From: Alphaproteobacteria bacterium HGW-Alphaproteobacteria-18
Lineage (GTDB): Bacteria; Pseudomonadota; Alphaproteobacteria; Caulobacterales; Hyphomonadaceae
Direction: 5' to 3'
Length of the DNA: 64,000 nt
Assembly: GCA_002841155.1 (NCBI GenBank)
Contig: PHEH01000001.1
Coordinates: 297,825-361,824, forward strand
Below the pieces are notes generated by a model that was given only the letters and a program-made list of their open reading frames with translations, was not told the origin of the DNA and ran no database searches. A program made the position numbers and the translations under genes. Of the stretch, positions 36,713 to 45,964 are shown one piece after another (within the stretch, counting starts at the first letter, position 1; each line of letters starts with the position of its first letter).

Positions 36713-39700
36713 GTGTCTGGGGTGAGTACGCTTTTTTTCAGAAATTCACGACTGACAATCCTGGCGATCCTCGTGATCCTGCTGGGGGGGCTCGGGGCCT
36801 TGCTCACGCTTGGGCGGCAGGAAGACCCGACGCTTGTTGAACGGTTTGGCACAGTTGTCGTTTTCCTTCCCGGCGCAGATGCGGAGCGGATGGAAGCCCT
36901 GGTGGCACAGCCCCTTGAGGCGGCTCTTATGGAGCTGCCGGACGTCAAGCAGGTGGATTCGATATCGCGAAATGGCGTCGTGCAGGTGGTGCTCGACATC
37001 CGGGAAGATCTTTCTGAAACCGAAGTCGACAATGCGTGGACTCTGGTTCGTCAGAAAGTGGAACAGTCTCGCCGATCATTTCCGCCTGGCGCATCTGCCC
37101 CGGAAGTAACCCGGCAATATGTTGGCGCAGCCACAATGATTGTGTCGCTTACCTGGTCGGGTGAGGGAGATGTGCCGCTTCCGATCATGCGCCGCCTGGC
37201 ATTGGATCTACAGGACCGTTTCCAGAGGCTGGGGGCAACTGAGCTGACGCAAACTTACGGGATGCCCGTCGAAGAAGTTCGCGTTGTTATGGATTCGCAA
37301 GCGCTATCGGCGGCTGGTCTGACTTTCAGTCAGGCCGCAGACGCCGTTCTCGCAGCAGATTCAAAAAACCCTGCTGGCCGCTTGCGTACAGATGGCGGCA
37401 CGATTGGCGTCGAGGTGCAGGGTGAGTTCACAAACATTGCCCGCATATCTGATGTTCCGGTGCTTCAGCGCGCAGACGGAAGCTCGGTACGCCTTGCTGA
37501 TGTGGCGCGTATAGAGAAGGGATTGCAGCAGCCATCGACCCGTCTTGCTTACGAGAATGAGCGGCGGGCAATTCTGGTCGCTGCCTACATTTCTCCGATG
37601 CAACGTGTCGACATATGGTCGGAGGGGGCGCGGAAAATTGTCTCGGATTTCTCGCAGAATCTTCCGCCGGGCCTGACGGCAGACATCGTGTTCGACCAGA
37701 GCATCTACACAAATGACCGGCTGCAGGGATTGGCACAAAACCTCCTGATGTCAGCACTGATCGTCTTCGTTGTGTTGTTCTTCCTGTTAGGATGGCGCTC
37801 TGCGATTGTAGTCGGATTTGCGATGCCCCTGACGGTTGGTCTGGTGCTGATCCTGTTTAACGTATTCGGCCATCCACTCCATCAGATGTCAGTGACGGGG
37901 CTGGTCATCTCCCTTGGCCTGTTGATCGACAACGCAATCGTCGTGGCCGACGATGTCGATCAGTGGCGGGCGAAAGGATATAGCCGCAGGGAAGCAATTG
38001 AGCGAAGCCTGAAGCAACTCTTTGCGCCCCTGGCCGCGTCCACGCTGACCACGGCGCTGGCCTTCGCGCCAATTGCAATGCTACCGGGCGCTGCCGGTGA
38101 GTTTATTGGTATGGTCGGCCTCTCGGTAATCTATTCGATCACCGCGTCTTTCTTCGTATCGATTACCATTGTTCCGGCAATGGCGGGCTGGTTTGACAGA
38201 ACCCGCAGCTGGGAGAAGGGGGAGGCGCGCCGGCCCAGGCGCTGGTGGCGGGATGGCGTGGCAATCGATTTCATCTCCGATGGCTTCCGGGCAACAATCG
38301 AAGCTGTTCTGAGATTTCCTCCGCTCGGCATATTCATCGGCCTGGCACCTGCCGTTCTGGGGCTGGTTCTAACGAGTACGCTGCCCCAGCAGTTTTTTCC
38401 GCCCACCGAGCGCGATCAGTTTCAGGTGGTCGTAAACTTGCCCTATGAGGCAGATATTTCCAATGCCGAGGACATCACGCTCAGAGCAACGGAATTTATT
38501 CTTGCTACGGAGGGTGTGAAGTCTGTCACCTGGGTTATGGGGGAGCCATCCCCGCGCGTGTATTACAACGCCATCAACAACACGCAGGGCGTAGAAGGGT
38601 TTGCCTCAGGGTGGGTGCAGCTCGATAGCGCAAAACGAACCCATGAGATTGTAAATGACATCCAGCGGCGCGTACGTCAGGAGTTTCCGTCGGCGCGCTT
38701 TCTGGCGCTTCCCTTCGAGCAGGGGCCACCTGCGGATGCCCCGATCGAACTGATTCTAAGGGGGGCAGACCTTGAAACTCTGAACAGGCTCGGGAATGAA
38801 CTGCGCACAATCCTCAGTGAGACACCCGGCGTAACGTATACGGTCAGTTCTCTTCAATTGGGAGCGCCGACACTCAGGCTGAAGGCGGATGAGGCAGCCG
38901 CAGGAATGGCGGGCTCGCGTCTTGCCGACCTGGCGGCCAATCTGAATACAGAGCTTGAGGGTATTCGTGCTGGCTCGATACTTGAGGGCACTGAGGAGCT
39001 TCCTGTCCGCATCATAGGTTCGGACAATCGCCGCCAGTCCCTTTCCGATCTCCAGTCCAAGACCATAGGCGCTATGCCGGGTGTGACCGGGACACCGATT
39101 TCTGCGCTCGGTACGATGGAGCTGACACCAAAAACAGCGACGATATCGCGGCGCGACGGCCTGCGCACCAATCAGATCCTGGCATATCTTGATCCGTATA
39201 CGCTGCCAGCACCTTCGCTCGCGCAGTTTCAGGATCGGCTGGCAAAAAGCGGATTCGTTCTTCCCCCGGAATATGACATGCTCATTGGCGGCGAGGCAGA
39301 GAATTCCGGCGCGGCTGTCGGCAATCTGGCAAGTGTGGGCATTCCCCTGATGCTGGTGATGGCGGGGGCGATCACGCTGGTGTTCAATTCGTTCCGGATG
39401 ATGCTGCTGATCGTCACGGCGGGTGTAATCTCGGTGTTCTATGCCTTCTTTGGTGTGTGGCTGTTCAATCTGCCATTTGGTTTTAATGCCATTGTCGGCA
39501 GCCTTGGGCTATTCGGGATTGCGATCAACAGTTCCATCGTGGTGCTCTCTTTGCTCAGGGCAGACGAGCGCGCTATGGCCGATGATGTGATTGCCCAGCG
39601 CGAAGTGGTGATGGACGCCACGCGACACATCATCGCGACGACGCTGACCACGATGGGCGGCTTTGTGCCGATCCTGATGACGGGTGACACCTTCTGGCTG

Positions 39701-39850
39701 CCGCTGGCTGCCGGGATTGCCGGCGGAGTGGGCGGATCAGCGCTGATCGGACTGTATTTCACCCCGGCCGTGTTCCGGATCATGACGATGAAGCCGATCC
39801 GTCGGATGTTTGGGTATCGCCCGCCGCCGCGGCCGCAACCTGCAGAATAG
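36713..39850 (+). CDS. RND efflux permease (AcrB/AcrD/AcrF family)
   Basis: 1045 aa, two TM bundles; GLLIDNAIVV, ASTLTTALAFAP, RRDGLR, TTLTTMGGFVP. Confidence 0.95.
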   Translation: MSGVSTLFFRNSRLTILAILVILLGGLGALLTLGRQEDPTLVERFGTVVVFLPGADAERMEALVAQPLEAALMELPDVKQVDSISRNGVVQVVLDIREDLSETEVDNAWTLVRQKVEQSRRSFPPGASAPEVTRQYVGAATMIVSLTWSGEGDVPLPIMRRLALDLQDRFQRLGATELTQTYGMPVEEVRVVMDSQALSAAGLTFSQAADAVLAADSKNPAGRLRTDGGTIGVEVQGEFTNIARISDVPVLQRADGSSVRLADVARIEKGLQQPSTRLAYENERRAILVAAYISPMQRVDIWSEGARKIVSDFSQNLPPGLTADIVFDQSIYTNDRLQGLAQNLLMSALIVFVVLFFLLGWRSAIVVGFAMPLTVGLVLILFNVFGHPLHQMSVTGLVISLGLLIDNAIVVADDVDQWRAKGYSRREAIERSLKQLFAPLAASTLTTALAFAPIAMLPGAAGEFIGMVGLSVIYSITASFFVSITIVPAMAGWFDRTRSWEKGEARRPRRWWRDGVAIDFISDGFRATIEAVLRFPPLGIFIGLAPAVLGLVLTSTLPQQFFPPTERDQFQVVVNLPYEADISNAEDITLRATEFILATEGVKSVTWVMGEPSPRVYYNAINNTQGVEGFASGWVQLDSAKRTHEIVNDIQRRVRQEFPSARFLALPFEQGPPADAPIELILRGADLETLNRLGNELRTILSETPGVTYTVSSLQLGAPTLRLKADEAAAGMAGSRLADLAANLNTELEGIRAGSILEGTEELPVRIIGSDNRRQSLSDLQSKTIGAMPGVTGTPISALGTMELTPKTATISRRDGLRTNQILAYLDPYTLPAPSLAQFQDRLAKSGFVLPPEYDMLIGGEAENSGAAVGNLASVGIPLMLVMAGAITLVFNSFRMMLLIVTAGVISVFYAFFGVWLFNLPFGFNAIVGSLGLFGIAINSSIVVLSLLRADERAMADDVIAQREVVMDATRHIIATTLTTMGGFVPILMTGDTFWLPLAAGIAGGVGGSALIGLYFTPAVFRIMTMKPIRRMFGYRPPPRPQPAE

Positions 39851-39923
39851 GCAAAAGGAATTGAAACATCGCGTTAGCGATGCCATCTCGACACGAACGC
39901 AAGATCAGCAAGAGGCTGCCAGC

Positions 39924-40733
39924 ATGGAAAACCCGGATATCGGCGCGCCCCCTCCGCCCTGGAAAAGGCTGCGCTTCGAGGCGCAGGCGGCAGCGGCTGA
40001 AGAACCAACACTGGCGAGTTATCTCAATGCGGCGATCCTGTCGCACGCCACGCTGGGCCAGGCGCTCTCTTTTCACTTGGCCGAGAAGCTTTCCGGGCCA
40101 GGCATGGGGCCGCAGCAGGTGCGCCACATCCTTTCGGCCGTCTATGACAGCGCACCGGATCTGATCGAATTTGCAGAAGCCGACATGCAGGCCGTGCTGG
40201 AGCGCGACCCTGCGGCGCGGGGCATGTTGCAACCTTTCCTGTTCTTCAAGGGCTTCCTGGCACTGCAGACCCACCGGGTCGCCCATCAGCTCTGGCGGCA
40301 GGGCAGGGAAACGCTGGCGTTTCATTTCCAGAGCCGGGCTTCTGAGCTTTTTGGGGTCGATATTCACCCCGCCGCCCGGATCGGGCGCGCCGTGATGCTC
40401 GACCATGCATCTGGCATCACCATTGGTGAAACCGCGATTGTCGGCGATGGCTGCTCCCTGCTGCATGGTGTGACCCTCGGTGGGACGGGCAAGGAAGTGG
40501 GTGACCGGCACCCCAAGATTGGGCGCGGCGTGCTGCTTTCGGTGGGCGCAAAGATCCTCGGCAACATCACGATCGGCGACGAAGCCAAGGTGGCAGCCGG
40601 CAGCGTGGTGCTAAAAGATGTGCCAGCGCGCTGCACTGTCGCGGGGGTTCCTGCGAAAATCGTGGCTGGGCCCACCTGCTGCCAGCCGGCGCAGAGCATG
40701 GATCAGGCAATTCCGGAAACTTCGGCAGAATAG
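39924..40733 (+). CDS. cysE: Serine O-acetyltransferase
   Basis: FFKGFLALQTHR, VDIHPAARIG, DHASGITIGETA, GVTLGGTGKEVGDRHPKIG. Confidence 0.98.
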   Translation: MENPDIGAPPPPWKRLRFEAQAAAAEEPTLASYLNAAILSHATLGQALSFHLAEKLSGPGMGPQQVRHILSAVYDSAPDLIEFAEADMQAVLERDPAARGMLQPFLFFKGFLALQTHRVAHQLWRQGRETLAFHFQSRASELFGVDIHPAARIGRAVMLDHASGITIGETAIVGDGCSLLHGVTLGGTGKEVGDRHPKIGRGVLLSVGAKILGNITIGDEAKVAAGSVVLKDVPARCTVAGVPAKIVAGPTCCQPAQSMDQAIPETSAE

Positions 40734-40825
40734 CCTTCACAGACGCTTGCAGCCCGTGCATTGCACTGTGAGCGAAACTGACTAGGTTCCCGCCAGCTAG
40801 TCCAGATAAAACAAGGAGTGCCGTC

Positions 40826-41038
40826 ATGGAGCGCGAAGAAACATTGCGTCTTGAGGCCTATCTCAAGGAAAAACTTCACCCCGGTCTTCGCCTGCTTGCG
40901 CGCCAGAAAGCCGACGATTCCGTCGAGGTTTACCTTGGCGCCGAGTTCATCGCGGTCGTCTACAAGGACGAAGATGAAGGCGAGACCTCGTACCAGTTCA
41001 TGATGACGGTCCTCAAAGAGGACATCATGGGCGGCTGA
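40826..41038 (+). CDS. DUF3126 family protein
   Basis: LEAYLK...DDSVEVYLGAEFI...KDEDEGETSYQFMM; commonly follows cysE in alphaproteobacteria. Confidence 0.88.
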   Translation: MEREETLRLEAYLKEKLHPGLRLLARQKADDSVEVYLGAEFIAVVYKDEDEGETSYQFMMTVLKEDIMGG

Positions 41039-41050
41039 GGCCATTCTGCC

Positions 41051-41992
41051 TTAGCTATCGCGGTGCGCCGCGCGGGCCAGCCTGTCATTGATCGCTTCGC
41101 CGAGCCCCTCCCACGGGATGGGGGCAATAGCGATGCGGTCAAAACGGGCGTCCAGCGCGCGGAGCATGGCAAATAGCTTCGTGGCCGCTTCGGCCAGGTC
41201 GCCGTTTGGCGAGAGGTTCAGCCCCTCGCGGACGCCTGGTCCAAATCCCAGATAGCCTTCTCCTGCCTCCGGCGTGGCCGCATTGAGGCGGAGCAGCGCG
41301 TTGGGTGCGTAGTGCGATTTCAGCATTCCCGGCGCGGAAATGGTCAGTCCACTGGCGCGCGCCAGAGGTTTGCCGATGAAGGCTTCCAGCGTTTCCGAGG
41401 GGACAGCGCCTGAGCGCAGCAGCGTGGCAGTATCGCCTTCCACGGCAAGGATGGTCGACTCGATCCCCACATCGCAGGGGCCGCCATCCAGGATCAGGTC
41501 AATCCGGTCTGCAAGGTCGGCGGCGACATGTTCTGCGCGGGTCGGGCTGACATGGCCGGAGCGGTTGGCAGAGGGCGCCACGACCGGCCGTCCGAATTCC
41601 GTAATCATGGCGTTCGAAGCAGGATGCGAAGGGCAGCGCAGACCGACCGTCTGCAACCCGGAGCGCGCGAGATCACAGACGGTTCCATCTTGGGCGACCG
41701 GCAGGACGAGGGTAAGCGGGCCCGGCCAGAATTCCTGGGCGAGCCGTTCAGCCAGCGGCGAGAACACCGCTTCCCGCTTTGCCATATCCTGTCCGGAAAC
41801 ATGAGCGATCAGCGGATTGAAGCGCGGGCGGCCTTTGGCTTCATAGAGCCGGACAACCGCTTCAGGATTGGAAGCATCTGCCGCGAGGCCATAGACTGTT
41901 TCTGTCGGCATGGCGACCAGCCCGCCATTGCTGAGGATTTCCACGGCAAGGGCGACGGTTTCTGGTAAGATCGGGACGACGGGTGCGGACAT
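41051..41992 (-). CDS. sua5: L-threonylcarbamoyladenylate synthase (Sua5/TsaC)
   Basis: PTETVYGLAAD, KGRPRFNPLIAH, FWPGPLT, APSANRSG, GIESTI, APGMLKSHYAP. Confidence 0.97.
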   Translation of the reverse strand: MSAPVVPILPETVALAVEILSNGGLVAMPTETVYGLAADASNPEAVVRLYEAKGRPRFNPLIAHVSGQDMAKREAVFSPLAERLAQEFWPGPLTLVLPVAQDGTVCDLARSGLQTVGLRCPSHPASNAMITEFGRPVVAPSANRSGHVSPTRAEHVAADLADRIDLILDGGPCDVGIESTILAVEGDTATLLRSGAVPSETLEAFIGKPLARASGLTISAPGMLKSHYAPNALLRLNAATPEAGEGYLGFGPGVREGLNLSPNGDLAEAATKLFAMLRALDARFDRIAIAPIPWEGLGEAINDRLARAAHRDS

Positions 41993-42050
41993 GGCGTCTC
42001 GCTTAGCACTGCGCCCGCCGGGGTCAATGAGTCCACTCTCCAGGAGCGCC

Positions 42051-43259
42051 TCAATCGAGGCGCGTTGCCTCGCCCTGGACTTCAACCACAATCTCGTCCG
42101 ATACCCAGCTTGCCCCGGCATCCGACATCTGACCAAGATCAAGCGCCTTGCGGGAGAAGGTGGCCGAACCGTCCAGGATTGCGCGGTCGCCATTTATCTT
42201 GAGCGCGAAGCTGAGCGGAACGCTGGTTTCCCTGCCTTTGAGCATCATGGTGGCGGTGGCTGTATACGTCTCCTCGCCGGTTGCCTCGAAGCCGGAGAGT
42301 GCGATCTCTGCCTGCGGGAAGGCGCCGGTGTTGAACCATTCGGCTTCGCGCAGGGTGGAATCGTAGAGCTTTGTCCCGGTGGTGACGCTGGCTGTGTCGA
42401 TGGTTACCGCCACCGCTGAGCTAGCAAGGTCTTCGGGGTAGAAGGCCACATCGGCCGCCCACTTCCCGAAAGTGCCGCCAAATGGCTTGCCGTCATACAC
42501 GCCGGAAAAGCTGATTTTTGAGGCCGCGTAGTCGATGGTCCAGTTGCCTGCCGCTTCGGCGGAGGACGCCGATCCTGACGCGCCCCTGCTGGCAGAACTG
42601 CCCGGCCCGATGAGCGGAATGGCGGCGATGAGGGCGAAGAGAATGACACTGCTGCCGAAAGCCACTAAGGCGCCGCGCGCCGGCAGAGAGGGCGGGGACG
42701 CCTTGCCGAACAGGCCGGGAATCATGCGTTTGAGAACACCGTCCTCGCCGCTGATCTCGTGTTTGACGGCGCCGGCAACATGCAGGCCAAGCAGGACGAT
42801 GATGACCCAGGCCCCTTTGGAATGAACGTTCTCGACAATACCGTGGAGGATTTCGTTACCCTGCCTCAGGCCGGAGGTGAATGGGAGGTGGGGCCAGTCA
42901 ATCGCGCCGAAAAGGACCGTTGATATCTGGAAAGGCGAGATGGAGACGAGAAGCCAGCCCGCCAGCGGAATGATGACCATGAGGGCATAGAAGGCCATGT
43001 GGACCAAATGGGATAGCGTCCGCTCATAAGGCTTCATGTCTGATGCCAGGGGAGGCGGTGGGTTGAGCAGCCGCCAGGCAATCCTGGTGACTGTCAGAAA
43101 CAGAAGGGTTATCCCCACCGACTTGTGCAGCTGATACCGGGCCTCGTTGTCGTCCATGTTCCAGCCAAGCCAGATCATGAAGAGAAGAAGGAGCGCCATC
43201 GCCCAGTGAAGGGCAATCGCAATGGCCGTGTAGCGGGAAGCCGGTGAGGAGGATGTCAT
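42051..43259 (-). CDS. Cytochrome b561-YceI fusion protein
   Basis: N-terminal LHW...LHKSVG...H...H heme ligands with 4 TMs; C-terminal YceI domain (WTIDYAASKISF, IDTASV, R..LG). Confidence 0.92.
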   Translation of the reverse strand: MTSSSPASRYTAIAIALHWAMALLLLFMIWLGWNMDDNEARYQLHKSVGITLLFLTVTRIAWRLLNPPPPLASDMKPYERTLSHLVHMAFYALMVIIPLAGWLLVSISPFQISTVLFGAIDWPHLPFTSGLRQGNEILHGIVENVHSKGAWVIIVLLGLHVAGAVKHEISGEDGVLKRMIPGLFGKASPPSLPARGALVAFGSSVILFALIAAIPLIGPGSSASRGASGSASSAEAAGNWTIDYAASKISFSGVYDGKPFGGTFGKWAADVAFYPEDLASSAVAVTIDTASVTTGTKLYDSTLREAEWFNTGAFPQAEIALSGFEATGEETYTATATMMLKGRETSVPLSFALKINGDRAILDGSATFSRKALDLGQMSDAGASWVSDEIVVEVQGEATRLD

Positions 43260-43265
43260 TCGTAT

Positions 43266-43991
43266 TTACTCTGCAGGAGCCGGTTCTGCCGCTTCGACAA
43301 CCTGCTGGAACTCGGTTTCGATGATGACTTCCACTTCATCGCCGATGTTCGGCGCATAAGTGGCGTTGCCGAAGTCCGACCGCTTCAGGACGGCGGTGGC
43401 AGAGAAGCCGATCTTGTCAGCGTCAGGCGCCCAAGGGAAATTGGCCTTGCCGTTATAGGTCACGTCGAGAATTACCGGCCGGGTTACACCCAGAAAGGTC
43501 AGATCGCCGGTCACTTTGCCCGTGGACGCTGTGTCCTGGCTCACCGAAGTGCTGGTGAAGGTGATCTGCGGGAACGCATCGGCGTTCAGCCAGTTGGCGT
43601 TGCGGGCAAGGTCTTCGTTCCAGGTGGCGTAGGGGCTGTCGGCATGGCTGGCTTTGTAGTCTGCCGGATAGTCCGTCTCGACCGAAAGCGGGTCGATGGT
43701 GACCGTGATGTTGGTAGCTGCCGGATCTTCCGGGTTGAATTGCAGGGTCGCATCGACCGTCTTGAAGCGGCCCGTATAACCCGAGAGGCCGAAGTGATCG
43801 ACTTTCCAGGTGACCGAAGTGTGGGTCGGGTCGATGACATACGTGCCGGCGGCGGCGTATTCCACAGGTGTGGCGGCGGTGTCCGAAGCTGCTGCGGGCG
43901 CAGCGGCGGCCTCAGGGGCGGGCGCCGCTGGTGTTGTTTCAGAACAGGCCGCAAGAATCAGTGCGCTGGCCGATATAAGAAGAAGTCGCAT
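43266..43991 (-). CDS. yceI: YceI family lipoprotein
   Basis: Lipobox LAA-C, Pro/Ala linker, YVIDPTHTSV.W...HFGLS...GRF, GDLTFLGVT.PV, GFSA...RSDFG. Confidence 0.93.
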   Translation of the reverse strand: MRLLLISASALILAACSETTPAAPAPEAAAAPAAASDTAATPVEYAAAGTYVIDPTHTSVTWKVDHFGLSGYTGRFKTVDATLQFNPEDPAATNITVTIDPLSVETDYPADYKASHADSPYATWNEDLARNANWLNADAFPQITFTSTSVSQDTASTGKVTGDLTFLGVTRPVILDVTYNGKANFPWAPDADKIGFSATAVLKRSDFGNATYAPNIGDEVEVIIETEFQQVVEAAEPAPAE

Positions 43992-44112
43992 GGAATCAGT
44001 CCCTCCAATTGCCGTATGGGAACACTCAAACTAGTGCACTCATGTACAGTGTGCACCTCAACTTTCACATTCGTCCGACATATCATTTATTCAGAAACAC
44101 AAAGGGATGGAC

Positions 44113-45882
44113 ATGGCCTACGACGCACCGGTCAGCGATATTGAGTTTGCCCTGAACGCTTTTGCCCGGATTGAGCGGCTGCAGGGGCTGCCCGGTCATG
44201 ATGCTTATGATCCCGAACTTGTGCGCCCTATCCTTGATGAAGCGGCCAAACTGGCCCGCGATGTGCTCGCGCCGCTAAACCCGATCGGGGATGCCCATGG
44301 GGCGGCGCTGAAGGATGGGGAGGTTGTGGCACCGCCGGGCTTTGGCGACGCTTACAAGGCATTTGTCGAGGGCGGCTGGATGGGGCTGGCCGCACCCGAA
44401 GAATGGGGCGGGCAGGGCCTGCCCAAAGCGCTGGCACTGGGCGTGATGGAGATGTTTCACGGGGCGAATATGGCGTTCGGCCTTTGCCCCATGCTGAGCT
44501 ATGGCGCCATCGAGGCGCTGCTGGCGCACGGCACCGATGCCCAGCGGGCCGCCTATCTGCCCAAGCTCGTCTCCGGCGAATGGACCGGCACGATGAACCT
44601 GACCGAGCCACAGGCGGGCAGCGATGTCGGCGCGTTGAAGACCAAGGCTGAGCCGGGAGAGGGTGGCAGCTATTCGATCACCGGGCAGAAGATTTTCATC
44701 ACCTGGGGCGATCACGATATGGCTGAGAATATCATCCATCTCGTTCTGGCGCGTCTGCCGGATGCGCCGGCGGGGTCCAAAGGTATTTCCCAGTTCATTG
44801 TTCCGAAGTTCATTCTGGATGCGGATGGAAATCCCGGGCGGCGCAATGGTGTGCGCTGTATCGGCCTAGAGAAGAAGATGGGCATTCATGGCAGCCCGAC
44901 CTGCGTGATGGAGTATTCCGGCGCCACTGGCTGGCTGATCGGCGAGGAAAATCGCGGGCTCGCCTGTATGTTCACGATGATGAATTCGGCGCGCCTGAAT
45001 GTCGGGCTTGAAGGCGTAGCGGTGGGGGAGGCGGCGTTTCAGACGGCGTTTGCCTATGCACAGGAGCGCAAGCAGGGCGCGGCAGCGGGCGTCACCGGTC
45101 CGGCGCCGATCCTGCATCATGCTGATGTGCGCCGTACACTGACGACCATGCGGGCTAAGGTCGCGGCCGCGCGGGCAATCTGTTATGCCTGCGGTGTGGC
45201 GGCAGACCTTGCGCACAGCTCCCCGGATACGGACGTGCGCGCGGCAGCCAAAACGCGGGAAGATCTACTGACGCCGATTGCCAAGGCCTGGAGCACGGAT
45301 GTTGGTGTGGAGGTAGCGAGCCTTGGCGTTCAGGTGCATGGCGGCATGGGCTTCATGAACGAGACGCTGGCGGCGCAGCTCTATCGCGACGCTCGGATTG
45401 CGCCGATCTATGAAGGCACGAACGGCATTCAGGCCATTGATCTTGTCGGCCGGAAGCTTTCGGGCACCAAGGGCGCCTCCATGCAGGCGATGATTACCGA
45501 GATCGAAGAAACGGTCCGTCAGGCGCGCGCGACCAATGACCCGCAGCTGGTGCAGATTGCTGACCGGCTGAAGGCGGCGTCAGCAGCGCTGTCGGAGGCG
45601 AGTGACTGGATGGTGAAGACGCTGGCGAACGAGCCGGAGAAGGGCCTTGCAGGCGCAACGGAGTACCTCGCGCTGGCGGGCGATGTGATTGGCGGGCATT
45701 TCCTAGCGCTGGGCGCGATTGCAGCGCGCGGCGGGCAGGATATGGACCAGCGGGCGCGGCAGCTGGCGCTGGCGGGCTTCTTTGCGGAGACATCTTTGGC
45801 ATCCGCGCCGGGGCGTGTGCCCGCGATCACTGAAGGCGGGGCACGCTTTCTGGAAGGCAGCAAGGCGCTGTTCGGGGTCTAA
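44113..45882 (+). CDS. Acyl-CoA dehydrogenase (long, about 590 aa type)
   Basis: GTMNLTEPQAGSDVG, GQKIFITWGDHD, EKKMGIHGSPTC, QVHGGMGF, IYEGTNGIQA. Confidence 0.96.
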   Translation: MAYDAPVSDIEFALNAFARIERLQGLPGHDAYDPELVRPILDEAAKLARDVLAPLNPIGDAHGAALKDGEVVAPPGFGDAYKAFVEGGWMGLAAPEEWGGQGLPKALALGVMEMFHGANMAFGLCPMLSYGAIEALLAHGTDAQRAAYLPKLVSGEWTGTMNLTEPQAGSDVGALKTKAEPGEGGSYSITGQKIFITWGDHDMAENIIHLVLARLPDAPAGSKGISQFIVPKFILDADGNPGRRNGVRCIGLEKKMGIHGSPTCVMEYSGATGWLIGEENRGLACMFTMMNSARLNVGLEGVAVGEAAFQTAFAYAQERKQGAAAGVTGPAPILHHADVRRTLTTMRAKVAAARAICYACGVAADLAHSSPDTDVRAAAKTREDLLTPIAKAWSTDVGVEVASLGVQVHGGMGFMNETLAAQLYRDARIAPIYEGTNGIQAIDLVGRKLSGTKGASMQAMITEIEETVRQARATNDPQLVQIADRLKAASAALSEASDWMVKTLANEPEKGLAGATEYLALAGDVIGGHFLALGAIAARGGQDMDQRARQLALAGFFAETSLASAPGRVPAITEGGARFLEGSKALFGV

Positions 45883-45964
45883 GGCCTGCCCTGCGGGGCT
45901 ATTGTTGATGGATTTAGCGGAGCCCCGTAAGAGAGGCGCTGACCCCGAGGGAGCAAACCGGCGC

